The notes under the pieces were generated by a model. It worked only from the letters and a program-made list of their open reading frames with translations, was not told the origin of the DNA and did no database searches. From positions 128,001 through 192,000 of the forward strand of contig CAVVMW010000008.1 of assembly GCA_963749495.1 (NCBI GenBank): a stretch of DNA of 64,000 nucleotides. The letters run 5' to 3'. The position numbers were made by a program, and so were the translations under genes. Source of the DNA: an uncultured bacterium. GTDB lineage: Bacteria; Verrucomicrobiota; Verrucomicrobiia; Limisphaerales; UBA8199. Positions 22,714 through 33,587 of this stretch are shown one piece after another (positions within the stretch are counted from its first letter, which is position 1; each line of letters opens with the position of its first letter).

Positions 22714-24378
22714 ATGAGCAGCAACGACATCAGAATCAGATTTGGTTTCCCGGCGATTTTGTGCCTGGCCCTCGGAATCCTCGCGTCCGTGATCTCCCTG
22801 GAGGGCGCCTCGGCCTCGAACCCGGTTCAGGAAGGGGAGATGGCCGGGTACCTACTTGTCCCCAACCAAAGGGTTCCAAAGACATATAACGCCGGGTTCT
22901 CCATGTATGTGGCTGCCTGGCCCTTGTTGCAAGAATACCCCGGACATGATTTCCAATCCGGCCTGTTCGGCACCTGGATGTTCGCTCAGTATGCCGGCCA
23001 CGCGCCCACCAACCTGTATTCCGATATTGAGGGCGGGCTCGGTTGGTGGCGGGACACGCGGTTTGCCACGGAAACGCCCAAGTTCATCATGGGTGGTGTG
23101 GCCCCGAACTTCATCGAATGGGCCAACGGACCCGGAGCCGGCAAGGGGAGGGATTGGAACGACCCCAAAGGGCATTATGGGATCGCCCAACTCAGTCCCT
23201 GGTTGCTCTGGCCCCCGGATGGCCTGAACCTGAAACAAGGCACCTGCGGCGAACTGTTCGGTTACGGGTATCTACCGCTGCCGCTCACCACCGCCAAGGC
23301 AGTCACCGCCGGGCAGAGCGTGCCCACGGGAGACAACAGTTGGACCTTGTTCTTGAATACGCGCAACTTCAAAGGCCCGGTGGCGTTCTTTACCCCGTTT
23401 TTCTGGTCGCACGCGGCGCTTGCCGAACCGCGGTTGGCGGGCATGCTCCTGGATAGCCGCCCCTCCGAGCCAAACCGGGCGTTGCAGATGGAGACCCAGT
23501 ACGTCCCGGCGGTTCAGGCCGTGGACGGGAAGGGGCAAACGTACGCCCGCATCGGCCGGACGTTCTTTCCCCGAGGGCCTGCGAACGATTCGGTCGTAGT
23601 GCATCGTGTCTCCTCGTACACCAGGCAGGCGCTCTGGGATGCCGTGAAGGCCTGGTTCGAGGGAGGCAATCCGGCCAGCGGGGCCATTGACCCACAGCGA
23701 GCCTGGGTGCATGGCTTCACCAACCGCGGCGGCGCAACCTGGCGGATCTATACCCCCGCGGTCCCCGAGAAGCAGCGGGTGGCTCTGGCCTGGAATTCCT
23801 TTGCGACGCCCGTGGCACTGGGTACGAATACCTTCGGCTACCGCTGGAACTACGGACTGGCCAGGAAGGACGATTCCCGTCCGGGGCCGCTGGCCGTGCT
23901 CCCCGAATACTATCACCTGGTGACGAACAAGAACCAGAAGGCGGAATGGGTTCCGGTGCGAGCGGAAGAGGTTCCGGTCGAAACGGGCCTGGTTCAGCAT
24001 CAATTTCACCGGCCGTTGGAGGATCGCCCCGAACCTTACGTCACCCCTGAGGATGCGAAAAGCTGCTGGAAGAAACCTGGTCCCGTGGCGGGGCCGTTCC
24101 AGGCGTATCCGGGGGACGGCAGCGTGGTGACCTACTACTGGTATCGCTTCGCCGACCAGCCCGCATTGCTGAACGCCGGCTTGACGGATAAAGAGCGCGA
24201 GGTCTTGCAGGCGCGCGTGGAGAAACTCCACCGGAACTGGACCAAGGACCGCGACTACCTGCCGCCACCTACGGTGGGAAAGCTGGCTGAGATTGACCCG
24301 GCCTTGATCGTCACCCCGCCGCCGGGCTTGGAGGCGGGGTATGTGCCCATTGTGACCCGCCAAGCCGCGAAGGAGTAG
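22714..24378 (+). CDS. Secreted hypothetical protein
   Basis: 554-aa ORF with signal peptide, coding-like codon bias, Trp/Gly-rich. Confidence 0.75.
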   Translation: MSSNDIRIRFGFPAILCLALGILASVISLEGASASNPVQEGEMAGYLLVPNQRVPKTYNAGFSMYVAAWPLLQEYPGHDFQSGLFGTWMFAQYAGHAPTNLYSDIEGGLGWWRDTRFATETPKFIMGGVAPNFIEWANGPGAGKGRDWNDPKGHYGIAQLSPWLLWPPDGLNLKQGTCGELFGYGYLPLPLTTAKAVTAGQSVPTGDNSWTLFLNTRNFKGPVAFFTPFFWSHAALAEPRLAGMLLDSRPSEPNRALQMETQYVPAVQAVDGKGQTYARIGRTFFPRGPANDSVVVHRVSSYTRQALWDAVKAWFEGGNPASGAIDPQRAWVHGFTNRGGATWRIYTPAVPEKQRVALAWNSFATPVALGTNTFGYRWNYGLARKDDSRPGPLAVLPEYYHLVTNKNQKAEWVPVRAEEVPVETGLVQHQFHRPLEDRPEPYVTPEDAKSCWKKPGPVAGPFQAYPGDGSVVTYYWYRFADQPALLNAGLTDKEREVLQARVEKLHRNWTKDRDYLPPPTVGKLAEIDPALIVTPPPGLEAGYVPIVTRQAAKE

Positions 24379-24420
24379 ATTAGCGTTTTCCCCATCTTCC
24401 CACGCCTGCCGCGGGTAGCG

Positions 24421-26393
24421 TCATCTGGTCTGCAGGAGCCCTATCAACGCCTCCGCCAGGCCATGGCCGATGAGGCAATAAACCCGGGCGCTGCCGAAGT
24501 AGTGGCATTCCCAATGGCTGATGGCCCGGTCGTGCTCCCGTTGGACCTCCAAATAGCCCTGGTCCTCCTTGCGTGCCTTCTCGAAGGCCGCGTTCACCAA
24601 CTGCTCCATCTGCTTGGCATCCGAGGCCTCAGGCCGACTCTTGAGTTCCTCCTTGAGCTGCGTCGCGAGCTTCTCCCGCAAGCGTCGCTCCTCAACCTGG
24701 AGCTTGCGTGGCAGTTCATCCAATTTGGCATACCAGTAAGGGGCGGTGCGCACATAACCGAGCGTGCCCTTGAGTTCGGGCTGGCTGGCAATCTTCGCCT
24801 GGGCGATGCGGAAGGCGGCCATCTCTGAATTGACATGCTGCTCCCCGTCCACGCCCAACTCCCCCACCACCACGGGCAACCCAGGGACGTTGAACTCGGT
24901 GCGCAGGTCCTGAACCAGGTGGGCGAAGTTGCGGGCATACTCTTCGTACACCTGCTGCCTTATCTTCCGGTCGGCACAAAAATCGTTCCATCCCTGGAAC
25001 CAGACAAAGCCGCACAACTCGTACGGCCGGCCTTTGAATTGCGGAAAGTGAACTTCAAGATGGTCCAGGCACGCATGAACCTCCGCAATCATCTGCCGAT
25101 AAGCCGCCCCGACATCGCGGGGCGCGCCAGGGATTTCGTAAGGCGGTTTGCCAGCGCTGGGTGGACGAAAATCGCAGTAGAGGTCCTTCCCACCCCAGGC
25201 GGTCTTGATCAACAGCACGGGTTCCTCGTGACAATCCCCCAAGTCAATGCCGAACATCAGCTCAGGTCCAATCCGATCCGGCCCAGCCCCCTGGCCCACC
25301 GTCAACGGCCCGCGGATGATCTGGTCGCCGCGATGGTAATACAGGAGCACGCCATCACGCTCAACGAACGAACCGTCGTCCTTTCGGATCTTCTTCAGCA
25401 AGCCGCCCAGGGTCGGATGCTCGCCAAGTTCGTCAAGTGTGTTGATGCCACCGTATCCCTCCATGTTGGATTGCCCAGCCAGAATGAACACTTTGACGGA
25501 ACTCCTGCCGGCCCTTTCATGGAGAACGGCCGCCTTTCCGGCGCGAGGCAGGTTCTGGAGAGAAGCGATGACGGTGGGAGGTATGGCCGCATTCGAAATA
25601 GGATTGAGGCTCTTGCCTCCTCCGCCATAAACTGGAGTTCCATATTCCGGGGCCAGTCCTGCAAAGAAGCGATCCAATTCCGTCCGGTCCCCTTCGGCCA
25701 GAAAATACGCGTCGTGGAGTTGCCCCCAGATGCCGTCCCCCTTGGCTTTGGTGAGGCAGTGCATTTGTTCCACGCTCTTGCCGAGCCACAAGCGATACGT
25801 GGCCAGCTTGACCACGGCCTTGTCCCGGCCCAGGAAGTTCTCCAGGAACGAATTCAGCCCCCCGCCGATCGTCGCAACGCTGGCCTTGCCGCCATTGGGG
25901 TTTTGGATGGTAGCGCTATGAATCCACTGCTGCTTTTCCCGGTCATAGACATAGTACCTGGTGCCGGTGGTGTCGGGCTGGCTGCCGGGCTGTTTCTGCA
26001 CGAAGAACTGGAAGGTCTCGTTGGTCTTCCAGGGCCAGAGCATGTGCGTGTGGCCGCCTTCACCCTCGCCGCCGAACCGATTGAAGATCGTGCGGGGATC
26101 GGCCTCGGTGGTCGTCGGGTGAAGCTGAGGTGAGGTGTCCCAGATCGAGAAGATCGTGCGCCGTTCGCGGATGCCATTGTGCTGGATGCCGCAGTAACCG
26201 CCGGCGGCTCCCCCGGATGCCAGTTGGCGCCGCAGTAGTAGATGCCTGAAGCGGTCGCCAGTACCGGTGATCTCGCCATACAGGCAGGTGGCGTCACGCG
26301 GCCCTCCAGGTTCCACCACAGATGCTGCGCCATCAGGTTTGGGCAAACGACTGCCAGGTTTACCAGGACTAAAGGCAGGTGTTTCAGATTCAT
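24421..26393 (-). pseudogene. DUF3472/DUF5077-like domain fused to sialate O-acetylesterase (SASA) domain; three indels near the 5' end
   Basis: GGYCGIQHN, FSIWD, FGGEGEGGH, SFLENF; then KVFILAGQSNMEG, IGPELMFG, KTAWGG, WFQGWND; frame switches near 26300, 26265 and 26208. Confidence 0.7.
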
Positions 26394-26658
26394 CGCAGGC
26401 GATTATCTACCCGGAGTGTGGGTTCGACGCAATGCCCGTGAATGGACGACCCGATTTTCGCAAAGGTCGGGGGCACGATTTGGGCCAAGACTTTGCAGCC
26501 TTTTTCCATTCTACCGCGTCGGTGATCCAGGCTGGGATGAGCAACGCCGCGATCGTGGAGCGGAACAAGTAATCGTCGGGACGCGTCACCGGCACCGTAA
26601 CGAGATTATTGCGCAGGCACTGGCTCAAACTCCAAAGACCGGCCCGATCCACCTCGCA

Positions 26659-27999
26659 TCACCGAGGGCCGTTCCGGAATTCTCGAAACAGCTTTTGCGC
26701 CAGAGGAAAGGTCGTGCTCTGCGGACTCTTGTCCAGGCAGTAAGTCACCACGCCATCGCAGCGCCCGTTCCGCCAGGCCTGCAAGGACATCTGCAGCCAA
26801 TCCGCGATGCGTTCGGGCGAGGCGGGATCGCCATGGCGCTGCCGGAACTCCTGTGCGTCACCGGCCGTCATGGAAATGAACGGAATGTGAAAGCGGCGCT
26901 CACCCCGCGTTGCGGGGTGTCCGAAGCCGGTTTCAAACCGGCCCTGCCTGTGCGTGCTCCAGTCTTGCGGTTGCCTGAAATCAGCGGCAAACCGCAGGTT
27001 TTCGGACCGCAGATCGCCCAACTGCCAGCGCACGCCAAAATTACTGACGCCCTGCTTGTCCAAGAGCCGGAAGCCCACGGTGACATTGGTCCGACCCCGG
27101 ACCGCGGCAGTAGCATCCACGCTCACTTCGTTCCACCCGGCCCCGCCGCCGGCAACGTCTTCTTCCCAGAGAACCTTCCCCTCGACCAGCACCTGTTTGA
27201 AATGGTAACCGGCGGTGGGCCCGGTGAAGTCGTCACGCTCCCGGAAGCGGATGATGCACCGGTCGCCGAGAAGCACGGTGGCCCTTTGGCTCGCCATGAC
27301 GTAATCGCTCTCATGCGAAGGCGTGTTCCACGGGTATGTCAACTCGCTGGCCGGAGGAATTCCCGCATCATTCAGGATGGCCCAGGTGCGCTCGATCTCA
27401 TCGCCATTCTGCAAGTAAGCGACCACCACGCCGTCGATGACCGGCCGGTATTCCTGGGCGAACCGCGGCGTTATCTCATTGAAGTACATGAGCGGCAAAA
27501 AGGCCAAGCGCGGATTGATGCGCTTGGCGCGGGACTGCATCTGACCCACGTAGGCCGGGGATAGGGTTTCGTGATTGGCATAGAAATCATCAATGACCCA
27601 GCCGGTCAGATTTGTGTGCTGCAAGGAAAGCCGGGCGATCTCCTCCGCCCAGCGCAGGAGATCCAGCCCGAACGGCTGGGAAGGTGGTCCCACGCTGCCG
27701 GAGCCTTCCGAGGGCGGCACCAGGTAAACCCAAACCTCCAGGCCCGCCTGACGCGCCCTGGGAAGAAAGACCTTCAAATCATCCCAATCCGTCGGCGCGT
27801 GCCAGATCAGCCAGTAGTAGGTGCCGACCCCGAGCTCCTGCAAACGCCGAACCATAGCGTCAACATCGACCCGCCCGTCGGCGCGGCGCAGTTCCGAATC
27901 GTAGTCTGCCGGGAGGCCGTTAACCGGGCTCCTGGCGTCCGCAGCGCGCAAGCCGACGACGGACGCCAGCATCAGGATGAGGGCAACAAATCTGTTCAT
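26659..27999 (-). CDS. Secreted hypothetical protein (glycoside hydrolase-like barrel with inserted beta domain)
   Basis: Signal peptide; YYWLIWH, VWVYLVPP, GWVIDDF. Confidence 0.65.
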   Translation of the reverse strand: MNRFVALILMLASVVGLRAADARSPVNGLPADYDSELRRADGRVDVDAMVRRLQELGVGTYYWLIWHAPTDWDDLKVFLPRARQAGLEVWVYLVPPSEGSGSVGPPSQPFGLDLLRWAEEIARLSLQHTNLTGWVIDDFYANHETLSPAYVGQMQSRAKRINPRLAFLPLMYFNEITPRFAQEYRPVIDGVVVAYLQNGDEIERTWAILNDAGIPPASELTYPWNTPSHESDYVMASQRATVLLGDRCIIRFRERDDFTGPTAGYHFKQVLVEGKVLWEEDVAGGGAGWNEVSVDATAAVRGRTNVTVGFRLLDKQGVSNFGVRWQLGDLRSENLRFAADFRQPQDWSTHRQGRFETGFGHPATRGERRFHIPFISMTAGDAQEFRQRHGDPASPERIADWLQMSLQAWRNGRCDGVVTYCLDKSPQSTTFPLAQKLFREFRNGPR

Positions 28000-28204
28000 A
28001 AACGCGCCAGCGCCAAAGGTATTGGGTTATATTCGCACTCCCGCAGTCCGGTAGAACTCCTGCACGCGCGCCATTTCCTCTTCCAGTTCCAGCACTCCAA
28101 TCGAGCGCAGCATCTCGCCAAGGCGAAGCAGGCCTGTCTCCCACTCAAACCAATTGGGTTCGCCAGATCCGGCAGTCGGGTTGTTCGCGAGATTCCTCGT
28201 ATTG

Positions 28205-31200
28205 TCAGGTAGGCTTGTTGGTTTCCAGCAGTGACGGCAAACCGGCTTCCTGCCACATCGCCCGAAGCTGGGCCTGGTCTTCTGCCGAGGCGGAGCGCAG
28301 GAGAACCAAAAAATTGACCACGGCTCGTCTGCTCATCGCAAGATCGTTCCGCTTCAGGAGGCTGCTCGCCGCCTTGATGAACCATCGTCCGGCCTCAGCA
28401 TGGTTTCCTTGCTCCCTCTCAATGATCCCCAGCAGGCACCAAATGATGGCCGCGCCGTGCTCGTCTCCTTGGTTTTGCTTGATTTCCAAGGACCTGGAAT
28501 ACCACTGTCGGGCTTGGGCGAAATCCCGCTCCTGCTGGGCAATCACGCCGAGGTTGTGATAGGTAGTGGCTGCACCGCTTTCGTCGCCGTGCTTCTCGGA
28601 AATCGCTAGAGACCTGAAATACCACCGCTTGGCTTGGGCATGCTTGCCTTGCTTTTGCGCATTAATGCCCAACTGGTGATAGGTGCCGGCTGCGCCACGT
28701 TCGTCACCTCGTTTCTCCTTAATCTCCAGGGCCTTGAGATACCATTGCTCCGCTTGGGCGAAGTCACTTTGCGCTTCAGCGATCATGCCGAAGTGGTGAT
28801 AACTTGTGGCGGCGCCGTGCTCGTCACCCTGCTTCTGCTTGATCTTCATCGACTTGCCGAACCAGTGCTGGGCCTGCGCGAAATCCTTTTGCTCTTGGGC
28901 GATAATGCCGAGCTGATGATAAGTCATGGCCGCTCGCGGGTCGTCGGCTTGCTTTTCGAAAACCTCGACGGCCTTGAGGTACCACCTTGTTGCGCCAGCG
29001 AAGTCCCGCTGCTCTTCGGCGATCCTGCCCAGCTGATGATATGTGCTGGCTGCGCCGTGTTCATCGCCCCGCTTCTCTTTGATTGCGAGCGACGTGCTAT
29101 ACGAGTCGATGGCTTGGGCGAACTGTCGTTGCTCCTCAAGGACCCTGCCTAACTGGTGATACGCGACCCCGGCAGCTTCAGCCCAGTCAGCCTTCTTGCT
29201 CTCCTCAGCCAGGCGCTGGTACAGCCGTTGCGCTTCAACGAGGTTTCTTGTGTGGAAGGCAAACGAAGCGAGGAACTGGATAAGCGCCATGAAAGAAGTC
29301 GTGATTTTCAGGCGTTCAGCTTCCCGGGCGGCACGATAGAGGTTGCTCCCGTGGAACCGGAAGATTTTTCTCTGGTCACGCAACTCCTTGGGCACGAGAG
29401 TATTCGCAAGGTTGCCCATCGCCCCCACAAAGGCCTTGATCCACAGTTCCGCTCCGCTCTGCTGGGCGGTGGCTCTGGCTCGGGACCGCAAATAGCTGGT
29501 TAACAACGGATGCAACTGGAAGAGAACGCCGCCACCGATGTCGTGGACAAGACCAGCAACACCAAGGACCTCGAGGACCTGTGATGCACCCTCGGCCTGC
29601 AAGCCCATTCTGACGTCCTCGGTCATCTGCTGGAGTGACATTACGTCTGCGAACTCCTCATACAATGACAGAGGAACCAAAAATGGCTGCAGGTCGGTAG
29701 GCAGAGACCCGCGAACAAAATCCAGGCAGGCATTCAGCTTGCTGAGGGTGGGATCGGCTTGAGGGCCCTTGCCCGTGAGCAGGCCTTCCAAGGCAGCGCG
29801 CGCCTGGGCCGGCGTCTTCTGGCGCAACTGCACCAGCACCGCCTGCATGGCCAGCGGATGACCGCCCAGGCCCCGAAGCAGTTCCCCCAACTCCGGGTTC
29901 TTCCGGTCCACCGTCAAACCCAGGTCGTCCAGGATTTGCGCGGCAAAATCCCACACGTCCTCCCCATGCAGACCACCCAGCCGCAGACCAAAGCAGTTCT
30001 GCGGCCCCAACCACTCCTCCTCCCCCCGGCTGGTGATAATCACCTTGCTGGCGCCTCCCCGCAGCTTCACCACAAACTCCAGCAGCAGATTCTGGTCGGC
30101 CTCCGGCAGCATCGCGCTGACCCCCGCCTCGGGGTTCCCCCGCACCGATTCGAAGTTGTCCCACACGATGATGAACCGCCGCTCCCAAAGGACCGCCACC
30201 AGTTGATCCAGGCTTTGTTGAACCGAACCGGCGCCAAACTGCGGCCCCAACAGGGCCCGGCCCATGTCATTGAACACGCAGGGGGCGCTGCGAATTGCGT
30301 TGAACGTGAACCAGAACCAGCCCTCCCCCAGGCCGCCAGTGTCCCCCAGCCAGCGCAGGAACACCCGGGCCAGTCGCGTCTTGCCGATGCCCCCAAGCCC
30401 GTGAATGAGAATGCTCGTCGGCTTGCGGCCCAACGCGCGCTCCAGTTCCAGAAATGCCCCGTCCCGCCCAACAAACGAATAAGCCTCGTGTTCTTCCTCC
30501 GCCCCCGGAGCCGGTCCCTTCACCGCCGGCGCGGGCGCGACCTCGGCATTCTCCGTGAAGGTCAACTCCACCGGTTCCTGCTGATACACCACCGGCACCA
30601 GCCAGTCCTGCAACTGGAGGGCAGGGTTCAGCCGCGAGCGTTGGCCGTGCGCCCGCATCTCCTGCCGGCCGCGCCGGACCGCCTCGGCCACATCCCCGCT
30701 CTGGAACAGTGCCCGGTAGAAGGGCGGCAGGAACTCCCGCGCCCCAGTCAGCGTGACCGAGTAGCTCATGGCCACCACGCTCCGAATCCCAGTGCGCAAG
30801 AGCGCGGCAGCCACCGAGGCAAACGGCTCCCGCGCCTCCGCATCGAGCATGGCCGACTGGCAGGCGTTGAGCACCACCAGCGGCACCGCCTGCTCGCGCA
30901 ACAGGTCACTTAATTCCCCGGCGCTGACCGCATGCGCTTTGCCCTCCTTGTCCTCGAACACCACTTGGCCCTCGACTCCCCCCGGCTTGAACATCTCGGC
31001 ATGGCCACCAGGAATGGCCTCCGGGTGATACGCCCCGTGGCCGTCGAAATGCAGAATGTGATACCGGTGGGGGTGCTTGCGCAGGTGCTCGCGTAATTGG
31101 TCGAAGGTGGGCGGACGCAGAAGATCGACCACGGCCGGCAGCTTCTCCCTCTTGATGAGGTCCACCAGTGGTCGCGAAATCGAGCGGTATTGGACATCGC

Positions 31201-31741
31201 CCTCATAAGGCCGAGCAGTGACCAGAAGGATGTGGATACGGTCTCGGGGCAACTGCTCCGAGAGCGGCGGCGGGTCCGGCAGGTTGTAGTTGAGCCGGCG
31301 TTCAATCCCGGTCTGGTAGGCCAGCACGCCGGTCTCCGGGTCGTTCAGGGCTTCCCAGGGCCAGGAGAGGACGGCGGGGTCATCGCTGGAGATCTGGAGC
31401 CGCAGAGGCTGAGCTCCGCCATCGTGCCTCCGGCGCGCCTCGATGAACCAGTCCCGGGCCTTGCCGGACTGGAAAAGGGCGTCGAAGGCCTGAGTGCCCC
31501 AGGCTTTGAGCGCCTCCTCGACATAGGTGGCCTGGTCGGTGCGGGGTGGAAAGGGGTAATCCAGGAAGTCCTCGAGGTACCAGCGCAATTGGCCCATCAG
31601 GTGGTCGTTGGGCCGCTCCTGGACGGGAAACTGGTAGGGCGAGGGCACCTCCACCGCCAGCGCGCGCTGGCCGTTGGAGCGGATGACCTCGAAGCGGGCG
31701 GGCTCAGTCCCCGCCAGATGGCTGATGATTATCGCGTCCAT
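28205..31741 (-). CDS. CHAT (caspase-like) protease + STAND/NB-ARC NTPase + TPR repeat protein
   Basis: SWPWEAL, HILHFDGHG (His), VVLNACQS (Cys); FVGRD, GLGGIGKT Walker A, IIVWDNFE Walker B, IITSR, GGHPLA; seven 40-aa YHQLG TPRs. Confidence 0.92.
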   Translation of the reverse strand: MDAIIISHLAGTEPARFEVIRSNGQRALAVEVPSPYQFPVQERPNDHLMGQLRWYLEDFLDYPFPPRTDQATYVEEALKAWGTQAFDALFQSGKARDWFIEARRRHDGGAQPLRLQISSDDPAVLSWPWEALNDPETGVLAYQTGIERRLNYNLPDPPPLSEQLPRDRIHILLVTARPYEGDVQYRSISRPLVDLIKREKLPAVVDLLRPPTFDQLREHLRKHPHRYHILHFDGHGAYHPEAIPGGHAEMFKPGGVEGQVVFEDKEGKAHAVSAGELSDLLREQAVPLVVLNACQSAMLDAEAREPFASVAAALLRTGIRSVVAMSYSVTLTGAREFLPPFYRALFQSGDVAEAVRRGRQEMRAHGQRSRLNPALQLQDWLVPVVYQQEPVELTFTENAEVAPAPAVKGPAPGAEEEHEAYSFVGRDGAFLELERALGRKPTSILIHGLGGIGKTRLARVFLRWLGDTGGLGEGWFWFTFNAIRSAPCVFNDMGRALLGPQFGAGSVQQSLDQLVAVLWERRFIIVWDNFESVRGNPEAGVSAMLPEADQNLLLEFVVKLRGGASKVIITSRGEEEWLGPQNCFGLRLGGLHGEDVWDFAAQILDDLGLTVDRKNPELGELLRGLGGHPLAMQAVLVQLRQKTPAQARAALEGLLTGKGPQADPTLSKLNACLDFVRGSLPTDLQPFLVPLSLYEEFADVMSLQQMTEDVRMGLQAEGASQVLEVLGVAGLVHDIGGGVLFQLHPLLTSYLRSRARATAQQSGAELWIKAFVGAMGNLANTLVPKELRDQRKIFRFHGSNLYRAAREAERLKITTSFMALIQFLASFAFHTRNLVEAQRLYQRLAEESKKADWAEAAGVAYHQLGRVLEEQRQFAQAIDSYSTSLAIKEKRGDEHGAASTYHQLGRIAEEQRDFAGATRWYLKAVEVFEKQADDPRAAMTYHQLGIIAQEQKDFAQAQHWFGKSMKIKQKQGDEHGAATSYHHFGMIAEAQSDFAQAEQWYLKALEIKEKRGDERGAAGTYHQLGINAQKQGKHAQAKRWYFRSLAISEKHGDESGAATTYHNLGVIAQQERDFAQARQWYSRSLEIKQNQGDEHGAAIIWCLLGIIEREQGNHAEAGRWFIKAASSLLKRNDLAMSRRAVVNFLVLLRSASAEDQAQLRAMWQEAGLPSLLETNKPT
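28380..29180 (-). repeat. Seven ~120-bp TPR-coding tandem repeats
   Basis: AAxxYHQLGxIAxEQxDFAQAxxWYxKSLxIKxKxGDEHG period of 40 aa. Confidence 0.85.
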
Positions 31742-32751
31742 GGAATTGCCAACCATAAGCTCGATCAAAGATTCGGATTTCTCCTTCCGAAAGGCAAACG
31801 ATAACGGCAGGACGGCGGGCACGGCGCCACAGCAAAGCCAGGGCACCGAGGCCACCGCCGCTCGTTGGCATGCCGGACCAACCAGTCAATCCGGCAATTG
31901 GTGTCGTTCCGCGTGGACCCGTGCTGCGCGATGGACCTTCCAACCGGAGTTTTCTGTTCCTGCGAGGTTGAAGTTTGAAATCTGGCCCCCATTCGTGGGT
32001 TGGCCGATGTGGCCGAAGTGCTAGTGCGCTTGGATGTCCAGGTCTATGCGCCCCAGGGGTCGGCTCGCCTTCTCTGTCCGGGCGTGCCGTGTTCACATTT
32101 CTCATGCGGCACGTTGGCACACCGGCAAGCGGAGTTTCAATGTCGCCTGTGTTACCAATTAGTCTTTGGCGACCACTCTCCCAAGATTATCCTCCGATGA
32201 CGCGCGATGTACTCGGAGGATTGCATCTGGCGGAAACCTGCTAATGCGCAAATCTCGTTATACGCAGGCGAGTATTGGGGGAACGGCTGTCTGGCGGCGG
32301 CCGTAGCCAGCGTCTTCATTTCTCTCTCGGCTGGTGACAGCTTTCGCGTCAGGTTCTCGCGGGTTGCCAGGTAACGAGCGGTGTCGAGCAGTTCCACCCC
32401 GCCCCACGACACAGATCGATTGCGCTGCGCACTCACGCCACGAAACAATTCCGTGCCCTTGCACTTGGTTTTCAGTTGGATCCAGCGCAAAGGACCACCG
32501 CGCGAGTCTTTCCCGTTATCTCTTTGAAGCCACAAGAGGCGGCTCTCCGCCCAGATTCCGATCGAGTAGGAACATCGTGCGACATGGCTCGTCCGCAAAG
32601 GCGACGGGTCCGCGGTTATGGATAAGCTCCTACCCCTGCGCCAGTGGCATAGCCGCGCAGTCCCTGCTGAGCTGAAATGGCCGCCACACAAAAGTCGTGA
32701 AAACGAACCTCACGACTACAAACGGGCTTCCAGCCTGGGGCGGCACGTGCA

Positions 32752-33376
32752 GCGCCGCTGGCCTGCTGGCGGCGTTGACCCTGGAGCAGCGCCAGGACCT
32801 CCGCAACTTCGCGGCCAAGCGTCTGGCGCGCGTGGCAAGGGCCCCTCGCGCCGGCGGCTGCTGTCAATAATCTCCTCACCCGAGGACCTCGTCGGCAGAG
32901 CCGTCCAGGCCGTCCTGCTGGGCGAGGAGCGGCCCGGCGAGGGCCGGCGGCTGTCGGCCAAGAACCGCCGGTCCACTGCGGCGTTCGTCGCCGGCCTGAG
33001 GAGTGTCGTCGACAGCCAACTCAGCAATCTGACGCGCTCGGCTGAAGCCAACTCCGAGCACGTGCCGGTCGGCACGCGGGAAGACCCCGACGCCGTTGAG
33101 TTGGCTGACCTGTCGGACCTCGCGCGCCTGATCGAGCGCCGGGACCTCAAGGCCGTGTTGTTCAGGCACCTCCGGGAGTGGGCCGCCGGCCACGCCGGGC
33201 TCCTGCGCGTCATTGGTGCCTGGGAGCAGAGCTTCGAAGGGGGCGACCGCATTGGGGAGAGCAGGTTCGACCGGAACCTCGTGCAGCGCGTCCGCTCCGA
33301 GACGCAAGCCTTTCTCTTGAAGCTCGCGCGGGAATCCGACTCGCAGGCCAGGAGCGGCCGGGGGATGGTCTGGTGA
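32752..33376 (+). pseudogene. ECF sigma-factor-like protein, 5'-truncated and frameshifted near 32840
   Basis: LAALTLEQRQDLRNFAAKRLARV in one frame, then SPEDLVGRAVQAVLLGE...FVAGLRSVVDSQLSN, resembling sigma region 2. Confidence 0.4.
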
Positions 33377-33485
33377 GCCCCAGTGCTGACGGGGTTCCGG
33401 GTCTGCCCCGCGGACCACCAGGGGCCGGTGCGGATAATTGAGCTTTTCCTAAGACAATTTCCCTCCTCGCCAGCGTACATCCTAT

Positions 33486-33557
33486 GGAGGGGCTTGCGGA
33501 AGGCGGGGGACAAGGCGGGTCGGCGGCCGTTGCCGCCGACCCGCCGCTTCCGCCTCC
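33486..33557 (+). promoter_or_regulatory. Strong intergenic stem-loop
   Basis: Perfect 14-bp stem ggcgggtcggcggc (33514-33527) / gccgccgacccgcc (33532-33545) with outer gcggaag/cttccgc pairing. Confidence 0.6.
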
Positions 33558-33587
33558 GAGAGCCAGACCCTCCAAGGAAATCCAAAT

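Noticed and set aside
28380..29180. DGR template/variable repeat pair (also considered for the DUF1566 gene)
   Set aside because: No reverse transcriptase; repeat differences are not adenine-specific
31760..32690. Small partner or substrate gene upstream of the CHAT protein
   Set aside because: No ORF with credible composition or motif could be supported
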